A program made the position numbers and the translations under genes. From Obrimoposthia wandeli (Eukaryota), in NCBI GenBank assembly GCA_977020255.1, contig CDROCS010000253.1:3410001-3474000 (forward strand): 64,000 nt of DNA, read 5' to 3'. Positions 1 to 9,181 of this stretch are shown in pieces (the first letter of the stretch is position 1; each line of letters starts with the position of its first letter). Below the pieces are notes generated by a model, which was not told where the DNA came from, searched no databases, and saw nothing but the letters and a program-made list of their open reading frames with translations.

Positions 1-123
1 TGCTTGTTGGCTACTAAGCGGTTCGTCGTTTAGTAAGGTTAGCCAGTACGCGGCTTCTGATAAAATAATTTTCTTATCAGAAGCCGAATTTGAACCCGAA
101 CAGTTTGGTGATAAATCACTCAT
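1..123 (-). CDS. fecR: FecR-family anti-sigma factor, N-terminal part (runs off window)
   Basis: ATG overlaps the fecI stop (ATGA). Translates MSDLSPNCSGSNSASDKKIILSEAAYWLTLLNDEPLSSQQA, matching the FecR N-terminal EAAxW motif. Confidence 0.75.
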   Translation of the reverse strand, partial: MSDLSPNCSGSNSASDKKIILSEAAYWLTLLNDEPLSSQQA

Positions 124-629
124 ATCATTGCCGTTAAGCAAGCGACATAAGCTTGCTGCATATAACGTTTAATAGTGCGTACTGACACGGCTTGTTGATC
201 GGCAATTTGTTGGTAGCTCAAGCCATGCAATTGTGAGAGAAAAAATGCCTGGCTCACCTTAGTGGGTAATTTACTTAATTCAGCATCAATTTGATGCAAG
301 CTTTCCAGTAATATTTCTTTTTGCTCAGCTGACATTTGCACTGCTTGCGGTATATGGCTTATTGCGTCGAGATAAGCCGACTCTATTGAACGACGCCTGT
401 ATTGGTCAGTTAACAAACCATTGGCAATAACGCGCAAGTAAGCCTTAGGCTCTGTAATGTTATCTAGCCGTCTTAACAGTAGCCGCAAAAAAGTATCGTG
501 AACAAGATCAGCTGCTTGCTGATCACAACCCAGCTTGTGCGACAGCCATCGCTGTAACCAAGGTTTATGATCAACGTAGATATTACTAACGGCTGACTTG
601 TTCGCTAAAACAGCTGGATTTGATGACAT
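120..629 (-). CDS. fecI: ECF sigma-70 factor, FecI family
   Basis: WLQRWLSHKLGC..AADLVHDTFLRLL, PKAYLRVIANGL and region-4 GLSYQQIA..VSVRTIKRYM motifs. Confidence 0.9.
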   Translation of the reverse strand: MSSNPAVLANKSAVSNIYVDHKPWLQRWLSHKLGCDQQAADLVHDTFLRLLLRRLDNITEPKAYLRVIANGLLTDQYRRRSIESAYLDAISHIPQAVQMSAEQKEILLESLHQIDAELSKLPTKVSQAFFLSQLHGLSYQQIADQQAVSVRTIKRYMQQAYVACLTAMI

Positions 630-656
630 ATTAGATGAAAATAGACGTTAACATGA

Positions 657-2132
657 TTAAATTTGATTGTTGTTCATGCGATCGAGTAAGGTGATATTTT
701 GTACCAAATCTTGTCTTGAAGGGTTAATTTTCAACGCCTTTCTCAGCATTTTAGCTGCTTGATCATAGTTTTTTTGTTCAATATAGACTTGTGCATGACC
801 AATAAAGGCACGCTCGGCAAAGGCAGGTAACGTTGCGGCTCTAACAAATAACAATTGTGCTTGGTTATAATAGTTTTGTTTTTGGTAGTGCTCTGCTAAC
901 GCAATTAATGCTTGACCATTAGTGGGTGCTAGCGCTATAGCTGCTTCGTACAGCTTAATAATTTGTTGGTGACTTTTACCCGGTAAACTTGCGGTGTGCA
1001 GCTTAAGTTGGCTTTGCTGTAGGTCAGTTAACTTACCAGTAAATTTTTTGCTGTGTGTTAATAGCAACTTTGCTTCTGGCCAATGTTTTTCATAAACCAA
1101 CCAAGCAATAACTGACTCTATGGCATTAAAGTGTTCAACGCTTGTATTAGCATCAAAAGGTTTCTGTTGCTGCCACTGAGATAATAATTGCGCCATTAGC
1201 TCGGCTGCTCTACTGACACTGCCATGGTTTAAGTGCAATTGTGCCGTAGCAATTAAGTTATCAGTATCGGTATTGCCTAATCGAACCGCCATTTCCATGC
1301 TAGTTAATGCATCGAGTGGCGTATTATCATCCAGCGATATCTTGCTACGTTGTAACCATAAACGGGCATCATCAGGTGTTTTTTGCAACATTTCATTTAA
1401 CATTGCTTTTGCGGCGTGATTGTCTTTTGCGCTGATCAAACTATACAAAAGACCTTGTTGCCATTGTTTATTATCTGGTTCAAGTAATAAAGCTTGCTGG
1501 TAACCTGCAATAGCAGACCATGGTGTGCTTAGTTGTAAGTTTATATAGGCCAGATAGCCAAATAATTGAGCATCACCTTCACCTAGTGTGATGGTTTTTA
1601 CTAAATGTTGGCGCGCTTGCTGGTAGTTTTCTTCTTTAATATAAATCACCGCTAAACTTTTATGGGCGCGAATAAAGTCGGGCAGCAGTCCAGTGGCAGC
1701 TACAAAGCTTTGTTTGGCTTGCTCATACTGATGTAATGATAACTGTATTTGTCCTTGAATTTGCAATAATGCGGGACTTAAAGCGAGTAACGGCTCTGGT
1801 TGATAGTCTTCCTTTTTGGCATCTACTATGGCAGTTAATGCGGCGGTATAGTCTTTTTTGTCTAATAGCGGCCGTAAGGTTAGTGCCAAACTTTGTTCTG
1901 CAGGCAATAACTTAGCATCACGTTGTGATAAAGGCTCACTGCCTGTAGTCATGGTCCATACAGGTGCCAGCTGTTTTATGCCGATACTATTTATTTTTAT
2001 CGGTTTTTTAATGGGTTGGCTTTGCTGATTAAGACCCGCAAATGCTGATTGGCTAATAATAATCAATGACAACAGCCATAATGTACGCTTTGCTGTAATC
2101 GATGAAAAAGAGAAAATAAGATTAAATGTCAT
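657..2132 (-). CDS. Periplasmic tetratricopeptide-repeat protein (TtpD-like) of TonB system
   Basis: Signal peptide, multiple TPR helices, position after tonB. Confidence 0.85.
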   Translation of the reverse strand: MTFNLIFSFSSITAKRTLWLLSLIIISQSAFAGLNQQSQPIKKPIKINSIGIKQLAPVWTMTTGSEPLSQRDAKLLPAEQSLALTLRPLLDKKDYTAALTAIVDAKKEDYQPEPLLALSPALLQIQGQIQLSLHQYEQAKQSFVAATGLLPDFIRAHKSLAVIYIKEENYQQARQHLVKTITLGEGDAQLFGYLAYINLQLSTPWSAIAGYQQALLLEPDNKQWQQGLLYSLISAKDNHAAKAMLNEMLQKTPDDARLWLQRSKISLDDNTPLDALTSMEMAVRLGNTDTDNLIATAQLHLNHGSVSRAAELMAQLLSQWQQQKPFDANTSVEHFNAIESVIAWLVYEKHWPEAKLLLTHSKKFTGKLTDLQQSQLKLHTASLPGKSHQQIIKLYEAAIALAPTNGQALIALAEHYQKQNYYNQAQLLFVRAATLPAFAERAFIGHAQVYIEQKNYDQAAKMLRKALKINPSRQDLVQNITLLDRMNNNQI

Positions 2133-2788
2133 GATTTTTTAAACTCCACAGGCCAGATAAAACGCGCGCGAACTGGTTGACTGTTTTTGGTTGGCACCGA
2201 AAAACGTGAGGTGCGAATAATTTTGTTAATAGCATCGAGTAATTCTTTATAGGGCATCTCAGTAATGCTAATAAGGCTAATACGGCCTTGTTCATCAATA
2301 AAAACATCAAGGGAAACTTTAGCTTTGGTAATACCTTTACGGGCAAGGCTACGAGGAAATATAGCCTTTATTTGTGTTAACAGTACCGGCACGCTGTCTA
2401 ACTCACCTAAACCAAAGGCTTGCCAGTCAACCGCTAAGTCTAAATTTAAATCACTGGTTTGGTGAGTAAATTCAGGTGGCGACAACATAGGGGTTAATGG
2501 CTCTTTAATTTTTAATTCAGTAATATCTAACGATGGTCCTGTACCTGAGGTATTAAGATCCAAAGTCAGTTGGGTTTGGGTAGTTTGTCTGGTTACCGGC
2601 TTGGGTGGTGGTGGCGGTGGCGTGTAAGCTTGGGTTACTTTACGCACCATGACTTGTGGCTCGTACTGCGCTGAAAACCAGTTACTGGCAAAAACGCCTA
2701 GTAGGGCGAGTAACATTAAGCCGACACTACTGATAAAGGCGAATACATGATAACGATTAAGCTTTTTTTTCAAAGAGACGAGCGTCAT
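2129..2788 (-). CDS. tonB: TonB energy transducer
   Basis: N-terminal TM helix, PPPPPPKP tract, C-terminal TonB_C-like domain (V.LDVFIDEQGRI). Confidence 0.85.
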   Translation of the reverse strand: MTLVSLKKKLNRYHVFAFISSVGLMLLALLGVFASNWFSAQYEPQVMVRKVTQAYTPPPPPPKPVTRQTTQTQLTLDLNTSGTGPSLDITELKIKEPLTPMLSPPEFTHQTSDLNLDLAVDWQAFGLGELDSVPVLLTQIKAIFPRSLARKGITKAKVSLDVFIDEQGRISLISITEMPYKELLDAINKIIRTSRFSVPTKNSQPVRARFIWPVEFKKS

Positions 2789-3186
2789 AGTGCTGTCGCT
2801 ATATTTACTGAACTTGCACCGGCTAGCTTAGCTTCGTCGATAACTTCAACCAGTAGTTCGGTCATTACCTGTTTATCGGCCTGTATAACCACTGCTCTTT
2901 CGCGTACTTGTAATAATTGTTCAATGGTATTACGCACACCTGCAACGCCAATTGAGGTGCTGTCGTATACCACATCACCTTTGCTAGTGATGGCTATCAT
3001 GATCACAGTATTTTCAAGACGTTGCGCTGATACTGCTTGTGGCTTTTCAACTTCAACGCCGGTTTCTTTAACAAATACTGAGGTAACAATAAAAAAGATC
3101 AATAAGATAAACACGACATCGAGTAAAGGTGATAAATCTATGCCGCTATGTGACTGTTCTAATCGTTGCTGTAAATTAGCTCGCAT
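2785..3186 (-). CDS. exbD: ExbD biopolymer transporter
   Basis: IDLSPLLDVVFILLIFFIVT motif; VVIQADK. Confidence 0.95.
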   Translation of the reverse strand: MRANLQQRLEQSHSGIDLSPLLDVVFILLIFFIVTSVFVKETGVEVEKPQAVSAQRLENTVIMIAITSKGDVVYDSTSIGVAGVRNTIEQLLQVRERAVVIQADKQVMTELLVEVIDEAKLAGASSVNIATAL

Positions 3187-3568
3187 GGGCGGATTCCTGT
3201 ATTACTTGCTTAGTAAGTAAATGCTTGATGTGACCCAACAATAACCAAGCAGGAATAGCCACGACTAAACCTAACTGAGTAGTCCATAGGGCATCTGCAA
3301 TACCTTGGCTTAAGGTGCTTGCTTGGTCAAGACTTTCACCTAATGACATAGCATGAAAAGTGTCTAATAATCCGCTAATCGTACCGAGTAAACCTAACAA
3401 GGGCAGGGCACCAATGAAAATTTCAGCAGAGTGGATCCACGACGCATTTTTAAGTTGGTAACCACCGGCATAAAAACGAATAGTGTAATAGGTGAGTAGC
3501 TGATAACAAACAAAGCCTAAAGCTAAAATGCTCCATACCACTAAGTTATCAAAAGAATAAAAAGTCAT
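3176..3568 (-). CDS. exbB: ExbB/MotA/TolQ proton channel
   Basis: LPLLGLLGTISG and GIADALWTTQLGLVVAIP motifs. Confidence 0.9.
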   Translation of the reverse strand: MTFYSFDNLVVWSILALGFVCYQLLTYYTIRFYAGGYQLKNASWIHSAEIFIGALPLLGLLGTISGLLDTFHAMSLGESLDQASTLSQGIADALWTTQLGLVVAIPAWLLLGHIKHLLTKQVIQESAHAS

Positions 3569-3571
3569 CGT

Positions 3572-4954
3572 CTATTGCTCGTTAGTTGGTGAGTTAGTTA
3601 GCTGACTTAAATGCACACCACAAGACTCAAGCTCACCATAATAGGTTTTTACTCGTCGAGATAATAATGCATGTAATAAGAGTGCTGGTATAGCAACCAC
3701 TAAACCTAATTCGGTAGTGACTAAGGCTTGTGAAATACCGCCAGACACTGCAGCAGGGTCGCCGGCACCAAATAGGGTCATTAATTTAAAGGTTTCTATC
3801 ATGCCGCTTACGGTACCAAGCAGGCCAAGTAATGGTGATACTGCGGCCGTTATAGCAATAGCGCCTAGCCAATAATCAAGAGAGTGCTTGTTGCTAAGTA
3901 AACTAGTGAACAATCTATCATCACGTTTTTGACCGACCTCACTGTTAAGTGCGATATCAATTAACTGCGCTTGCATACCTTTAGCTTGTGCTAATAAGCT
4001 TTGTTGGGCCTTGGCTTTGTCATCAGCTTGGCTTATTTTCTCTAATTGGGCAAAGCGTTCACTAAAGGCGGGAATAAGTGTCGGTAAGCGCCAAAACTGC
4101 ACGGCTTTAAATAAGCCAATAATGACGGCAAAAATACCAAAAGCGACAATAGGGAAAATCCACACCCCACCTTTACCTATATGGTCAATAATCGATTCTT
4201 TTTGGCTATTTATTTTAAAGGCACGGGTTAAGGTTGGGTCAAATAATATTGTGCCTGAGTTACTGGCAAGTAATTGCTGTAAGCCAGCACTTTCTTGCTC
4301 TGTTAACGCCAACTCAGCTTTATATAAGGTTGTTTCATTTTCAGCGCCACTTCCTTCAACCAGACTAACAAAACCAGCGCTTTGTGCTGCTTGGGCAATA
4401 TACCAATTAACCGGGCCTAAACTTAATACTTTAGCCGGATGCAATTCACCGCTAGGTAGCACAACTTTTTCATCATGCCAACTCGGCGTTATGCTCTCAT
4501 CAATACTCGCAATATGGTCGGATAACCAGTTAAGCTTGTGCTCAGCGGCGACATTAGGAGAGAATGGTTTACTCGCTATGTTGTGGTTAAATCGGCTTAA
4601 AATGTTTTGTTGATATTGATTTTGCTCATTCCACGTTTTTAAGCGTGTTTGTAATTGCTGTAAACTTAAGGTCTTTTCATCTTGTAAGCGTTGCGAGACA
4701 GAGGCTTTCTCACGTAATGCCACAACCTTTTGTTCTTGATTTCTTACTTTTTTAGCCAGTGTAGAGCGTGCTTTCGCTACGCTTTTTTGACTAGTTACTA
4801 ATTTTTTTTGTGCCACCTTAATATCTCTTAATAACTCAGTGACAATTTTACTGTCGCTGCTATTTGGAGTGATGTCATTTAAACCGATGTTTTTGGCGTA
4901 ACTTAGCGGAGTAAAACTCGCTAATGAAAGAGTCATTATAAATAGCTTAAGCAT
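3572..4954 (-). CDS. ttpC: TtpC-like large MotA/TolQ/ExbB protein
   Basis: Signal peptide, long periplasmic coiled coil, C-terminal ExbB domain (SPLLGLLGTVSGMIETF..GGISQALVTTELGL). Confidence 0.85.
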   Translation of the reverse strand: MLKLFIMTLSLASFTPLSYAKNIGLNDITPNSSDSKIVTELLRDIKVAQKKLVTSQKSVAKARSTLAKKVRNQEQKVVALREKASVSQRLQDEKTLSLQQLQTRLKTWNEQNQYQQNILSRFNHNIASKPFSPNVAAEHKLNWLSDHIASIDESITPSWHDEKVVLPSGELHPAKVLSLGPVNWYIAQAAQSAGFVSLVEGSGAENETTLYKAELALTEQESAGLQQLLASNSGTILFDPTLTRAFKINSQKESIIDHIGKGGVWIFPIVAFGIFAVIIGLFKAVQFWRLPTLIPAFSERFAQLEKISQADDKAKAQQSLLAQAKGMQAQLIDIALNSEVGQKRDDRLFTSLLSNKHSLDYWLGAIAITAAVSPLLGLLGTVSGMIETFKLMTLFGAGDPAAVSGGISQALVTTELGLVVAIPALLLHALLSRRVKTYYGELESCGVHLSQLTNSPTNEQ

Positions 4955-5778
4955 TAATGAGCACCTGATAAGGTAATAGGTAGTTGTAGGAAGGCTGCTT
5001 CTGTTTTTCGTTCCATCATGGCAATCGCATTTAATATGATTTCGCCGTCGACACTTTCATCAGCCAACCACTGCCAGCCGTTGGGAGTTGGTTGTCCTCG
5101 GCCGACTAAACTACCATCAAGCGAAACATACCAAGCTTGAGATAAGCCAAGATAAAGTTGATGCACCATCACTTCTTTATCACCTTTACTACTGGGTAAA
5201 ATTAATGCAGATTGCACATGGCTAATGCGTAACTGGTAATCATTCAGCTGCTCTAAAAGCGCTAATAATGTACTAAGGCGTATTGTGACATCGGCATTTT
5301 GAAACTCAGCCTCGGCTAACTTGCTCTGCCATGCTTTATTTAATGGTGGTGGTAACTGTGGCTGCAGCTCAGCAATTAATTGATAATATGTTACTAATGA
5401 AGACTCTAATTGGCTTTGTACTGCTTCCATGCTGTTTTGAGAGGCTAACAACTGGGTACGTTTTTTCTCTACGTCGGTGTTATTAACACTTGCACTACTT
5501 AAGTCTTGCTCAAGTTGCACTTGCTCTTGTTTTAATAGTAACAATCTTTGCTCAAGTAACGGTTGTTGCTGGTGCCAGTCATTAATCATGGCATTTCGTT
5601 GCTGCTCAATAGACAGCCAAGATTTAATCAAACTGTCTGATTGTTCTACTTTACTGGCCTGAGACACTGTGCAGTAGAAAAATAGGCAAGACATCAACAT
5701 TATTTTTATTGGATTAAGCGTGTTCATCCCGCTGTTATTTTCTACAACTTTATACACTTTGTTTATTGAGGTTATCAT
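4954..5778 (-). CDS. DUF3450-like periplasmic protein (TtpB-like); start probably ATG at 5727
   Basis: Coiled coil, LYLGLSQAWYVSLDG motif, first gene of TonB2-type operon. Confidence 0.75.
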   Translation of the reverse strand: MITSINKVYKVVENNSGMNTLNPIKIMLMSCLFFYCTVSQASKVEQSDSLIKSWLSIEQQRNAMINDWHQQQPLLEQRLLLLKQEQVQLEQDLSSASVNNTDVEKKRTQLLASQNSMEAVQSQLESSLVTYYQLIAELQPQLPPPLNKAWQSKLAEAEFQNADVTIRLSTLLALLEQLNDYQLRISHVQSALILPSSKGDKEVMVHQLYLGLSQAWYVSLDGSLVGRGQPTPNGWQWLADESVDGEIILNAIAMMERKTEAAFLQLPITLSGAH

Positions 5779-5812
5779 TGTAAATTCAGTTAACTTAAAT
5801 TTTGAAGCGAAT

Positions 5813-5831
5813 AATAATGGTAATTATTGTT
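5813..5831. promoter_or_regulatory. Fur box upstream of TonB operon
   Basis: AATAATGGTAATTATTGTT, 14/19 to GATAATGATAATCATTATC. Confidence 0.75.
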
Positions 5832-6237
5832 ATTTGCAATAACAGAGTTAACAGTGAGCAAAATTAGCCCCAGTTTACCATTTAGCCTATAGCTAAAACC
5901 CCGATAGTTATTGGGTAAGCAAACAGTGGATGACACTCAACAGAAAATTAAAGAGTTATGGTTCGCTGGCAAAGTGATCTTCACTCGCCATTATCAATTA
6001 AAAAGACCAACAACATAAAATACCTAACCACATGAATTTAATGTACTTTATTTTGTGTATGGTAAAAGGTAGTTACTAAGACGTATTAGTAGCCTCGTTA
6101 ATTTGTATTACATTTAGTGTTAATTTTTTCTAGTGCATTGAAAATATGGGATATTGATGTAAATTAAATGTTACTTATGGTGCGAAGATTACTAAGACGT
6201 ATCCATAATAAGATGTTATAAATCAAGGGACGTATAA

Positions 6238-6540
6238 ATGAGGGTTCAGGTTAAAAATTTCTCTACACATCAAACGGCAAAGGTTTTTGCCATATTAATG
6301 GCAGTAACTTCATTATTTTTTGTTATTCCATTTAGTATTATTCCAATGCTGGCGCCTACTCAAATGGGCCCTGATGGTAACGAGGTGAGTTTAGGAGCAT
6401 TTAGTTTAATGTTTTTATTTATGCCTATTTTTCAAGGTGTTTTTGGTTACGTAATCATGAGATTCGGAATGTGGGTATACAATAAAGTGACTCCCCGTAT
6501 TGGCGGTATAGAATTTGAATTTGAGGAAGTTGATTTATAA
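6238..6540 (+). CDS. Small membrane protein (cassette gene)
   Basis: 100 aa, 2 TM segments, RBS, stop overlaps TATAAC. Confidence 0.75.
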   Translation: MRVQVKNFSTHQTAKVFAILMAVTSLFFVIPFSIIPMLAPTQMGPDGNEVSLGAFSLMFLFMPIFQGVFGYVIMRFGMWVYNKVTPRIGGIEFEFEEVDL

Positions 6541-6576
6541 CAAACAGTTAAAGCGGGACTAATAAAACTGTTAGGT
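6535..6576 (+). repeat. Internally deleted attC-like site
   Basis: TTATAAC-AAACAGTTAAAGCGGGAC...GTTAGGT, only 42 bp. Confidence 0.55.
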
Positions 6577-6592
6577 ATTACGGAACAGATGT

Positions 6593-6892
6593 ATGAATTC
6601 TGATTATAAAAAATATACTCTTATAGAGTTGTATGATGTTAAGGATAATATTGATAGAGAATACTATGCGGATAGATATCGCTTACTATTAAGTGAAATA
6701 AAAAAACGCGAAGAAATACCTGAAAATGAACCCGAATCTGTGAAATTAACTCAAAAAGATAAGGCTTCCATTACTAGATTTGTAATGTTGTTATGTATTC
6801 CTTTTTTTTCATGGCTATTGATTGATGCATTTAAATCTGGCTCAATTCGGTATAAAGGTGGTCATATCTACCATCTGAGTGAGCAACCTTAG
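6593..6892 (+). pseudogene. 3'-truncated hypothetical membrane protein cassette
   Basis: ORF runs directly into the right half of an attC-like repeat, which supplies its stop. Confidence 0.6.
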
Positions 6893-6927
6893 CCAACCAT
6901 TACTTAGTCTCTTAATGGGGCGTCGGT
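6889..6927 (+). repeat. Right half of attC-like site
   Basis: TTAGCCAACCATTACTTAGTCT identical to 9128-9149; CTTAATGGGGCGT shared with 9988-10000; R' mutated to GTC. Confidence 0.75.
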
Positions 6928-6943
6928 ATTTCAAGGAAGATTT

Positions 6944-7276
6944 ATGTGTAAGTATTCTATAAGTGTCATTTGTCTCGCGCTAGTTTCGCTTTCTTTTGGT
7001 GTTTCTGCAAAAGACTCTAAGGCTGCTGTTAAATTAAAAATTCAAGAATTAAGTGAAAGCTGTACCTCAGTTCCATTTAAGGGTAAATCTAAAAGAGCAG
7101 CACAGTTGTTTTGCAGTGGAGGTTTCAATGAATTAGTCATTAGGCATTGTATTAGAGCCAACCTAGATTTAGAAAAATATAATGAATCAATTGCTATCTC
7201 TTATTCAATTCTTGATGACAACAATAAAGAAATGAAGGTAAACGTAGAAATGAAGTGTAGTGATATTGAAATATAA
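6944..7276 (+). CDS. Secreted hypothetical protein (cassette gene)
   Basis: Signal peptide ..SFGVSA; stop overlaps ATATAAC. Confidence 0.7.
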   Translation: MCKYSISVICLALVSLSFGVSAKDSKAAVKLKIQELSESCTSVPFKGKSKRAAQLFCSGGFNELVIRHCIRANLDLEKYNESIAISYSILDDNNKEMKVNVEMKCSDIEI

Positions 7277-7320
7277 CCACACTTCAAACGGAAAATACAG
7301 TTAGCTGAATACTCACTCAA
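7271..7320 (+). repeat. Left half of attC-like site
   Basis: ATATAAC..TTCAAACGG..AAATACAGTTAGCT; right half missing, followed by a 29-aa C-terminal gene scrap ending at 7413. Confidence 0.5.
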
Positions 7321-7413
7321 CAAAAAGCTGCGGGTGGGAAAGTATCAGATATTGGTACTGAAATTGAGAAACCTTTAGATCATGCAATTCAAACATCAAG
7401 AAACGATTTATAA

Positions 7414-7575
7414 CCTTCGCTAGGCCAACGAGGATGATACTTTATTGTTCTAAACAGTGATTCTGAATACGGATTATCGTTACTTAGCCTTGGGCTACTG
7501 CGTGAGTGCTCCATTATCAGAGTGCAACACTACGTCTTTCTTCAAGCATTTTTCTGCCCAAACACTGCGTTCTGA
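7414..7575 (-). pseudogene. IS3-family transposase fragment
   Basis: Frameshifted pieces ERSVWAEKCLKKDVVLHSDNGA and PRLSNDNPYSESLFRTIKYHPRWPSEG, typical of the IS3 DDE core. Confidence 0.8.
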
Positions 7576-7810
7576 AGTTGATGATTCGAATTTAACGAGC
7601 AGCGGAAAAGTCGTCTTCATATGATTATATATTTATGAGTTATGGTAAATAGAAAAATATAGCTACTACTAGCAATTAAATGTAATCAATAACATCCTGT
7701 GCTACATATGAGCTAAAAAAGTTTGTTTTTATTTGCACACTAACTCAAGTTATTGTTAATAAATAGGAATTTTGAACGGTAGGTTTTTCGGTGAACCTTC
7801 TTAGGGCGTT

Positions 7811-7841
7811 GAGGCTGTAGAATAACTAATTCTACAGCCTC
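7811..7841. repeat. Perfect 12-bp inverted repeat at the start of the TA cassette
   Basis: GAGGCTGTAGAA-N7-TTCTACAGCCTC directly after TTAGGGCGTT (R'-like). Confidence 0.7.
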
Positions 7842-7862
7842 GTTAGCTGCTTCAATTAAACT

Positions 7863-7920
7863 TGTACCTAATGTTGTACATGTCTCTCTTTTTAGTTAGA
7901 CTTATCTTATTAATTGTACA
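7863..7920. promoter_or_regulatory. YefM-type operator
   Basis: TGTACC (7863) and TGTACA (7875) 12 bp apart, plus TGTACA (7915), upstream of yefM; resembles the E. coli yefM-yoeB TGTACA operator. Confidence 0.6.
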
Positions 7921-7939
7921 ACTATGAAAGGAGGATACT

Positions 7940-8177
7940 ATGAGAATTGTATCTTTTACTGAAGCAAGAAATGGGCTTAAATCTGTACTTGATCATGTCG
8001 TAAACGACGCAGACTATACTGTAATTACACGTAGAGACTCTGAAGATGCTGTTGTTATGTCTATGGATCATTACAACAGCTTGACATTATTAAAGTCACC
8101 AGTAACGTGATTTAACTCGCTCTATTGAACAATATAAATCAGCTCAAGTGATTGAGCGAGAAATATTAAATGACTAG
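7940..8177 (+). pseudogene. yefM: YefM/Phd antitoxin, frameshifted
   Basis: MRIVSFTEARNGLKSVLDHVVNDADYTVITRRDSEDAVVMS; stop at 8110, native tail LTRSIEQYK..ILND in another frame. Confidence 0.85.
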
Positions 8178-8322
8178 GTTGTTAGCGTGGACCGATGATG
8201 CATGGGCTGATTATGTATATTGGCAAGGGCCAGATAAAAAAACGCTTAAAAGAATTAATAAATTAATTACCGACACTAAAAGAAACCTGAGTCTTTAACA
8301 TTTATCAGGTTTTTGGTCAAGG
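8170..8322 (+). pseudogene. yoeB: YoeB/Txe toxin, deleted
   Basis: MTRLLAWTDDAWADYVYWQGPDKKTLKRINKLI; remnants KPESL and LSGFWSR; C-terminus absent. Confidence 0.85.
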
Positions 8323-8591
8323 TTGGCTTTTTTATGTGGGTACAAGAATCTACAAGTAAAATTTCCATTTGGCGGTTTATGGTCGATAAAGAACATCAAC
8401 AAAAATCTATAGGTCGTATTGCACTTAACTTAGCTTTGGTTGAAATACAAAAAGTGCCTGACTTAAAAGAAATCGAAATCTGTTATAACCCTGATAATCC
8501 TGTAGCTAAAGAGTTTTATTCTAGTTTTGGTTTTTCTGAAGTTGGTATGGATGAAGACAATGAAGATATGTTAGCTGTCATTCAGCTTTAA
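8322..8591 (+). pseudogene. 5'-truncated GNAT N-acetyltransferase fused to yoeB remnant
   Basis: IWRFMVDKEHQQKSIGR acetyl-CoA motif and YNPDNPVAKEFYSSFGF; no N-terminal half or RBS. Confidence 0.75.
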
Positions 8592-8593
8592 AA

Positions 8594-8673
8594 CATAATA
8601 AAATCAACAAGGACTAAAAACAGCGGGCTAATTTTCGCTAGACAATTTTAAGCCTGTTATTAGGGCGTTATAT
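8594..8673 (+). repeat. attC-like site, near intact
   Basis: CATAAT..AATCAACAAGGACTAAAA pairs with TTTTAAGCCTGTTATT..GCGTTAT with extrahelical bases. Confidence 0.8.
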
Positions 8674-8685
8674 TTTCAGGGAGGT

Positions 8686-9078
8686 TTGGTGGATATTAAA
8701 AATCAGGGCATCATATTAAATGTTTTTAACTTTGATAAATGTGTTTCATTTTATAAAACGGTTTTTAATTTACCTGAGATGTTTACAAAGAGTGATGGTG
8801 ACTTTAGATTAACGTGTCTAGAGTTCGGCAGTTCCTATCTAATGCTAGAAACAGGCGGCGTAGCTAGCGAATCAGAAAAGGATATATCCCAAAACCCCAC
8901 CATACTAAGGTTCAATGTTGCTAGCATTCAAGAAGCACTAGAGCATATTTGTAAATTCGATAGTAGTGCGAAAATTATTGAAAATGATTGGGGATCAATT
9001 ATTAGGGTTATAGACCCTGATGGTAACCCGATTAGTATCAGGGATAATTCAGGCTTTCAGCGTCATATGAAAATATAA
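8686..9078 (+). CDS. VOC/glyoxalase-family protein (cassette gene)
   Basis: FDKCVSFYKTVF..LEFGSSYLMLE..WGSIIRVIDPDGNPISI. Confidence 0.85.
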   Translation: MVDIKNQGIILNVFNFDKCVSFYKTVFNLPEMFTKSDGDFRLTCLEFGSSYLMLETGGVASESEKDISQNPTILRFNVASIQEALEHICKFDSSAKIIENDWGSIIRVIDPDGNPISIRDNSGFQRHMKI

Positions 9079-9167
9079 GAAAATTAACGAGGATACGTAA
9101 TGGTTGGCTATGTTTCCTTACACAATTTTAGCCAACCATTACTTAGTCTGTTATTTAGGCGTTATGA
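9074..9167 (+). repeat. attC-like site, near intact
   Basis: Perfect 13-bp stem TAATGGTTGGCTA/TAGCCAACCATTA; ends GTTATTTAGGCGTTATGA. Confidence 0.85.
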
Positions 9168-9181
9168 GTTTCGAGGTTTTC

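Noticed and set aside
9104-9181. Listed N-terminal extensions of ORFs 9104-9526 and 9981-10445
   Set aside because: They start inside attC-like sites; starts with an RBS lie after the crossover point
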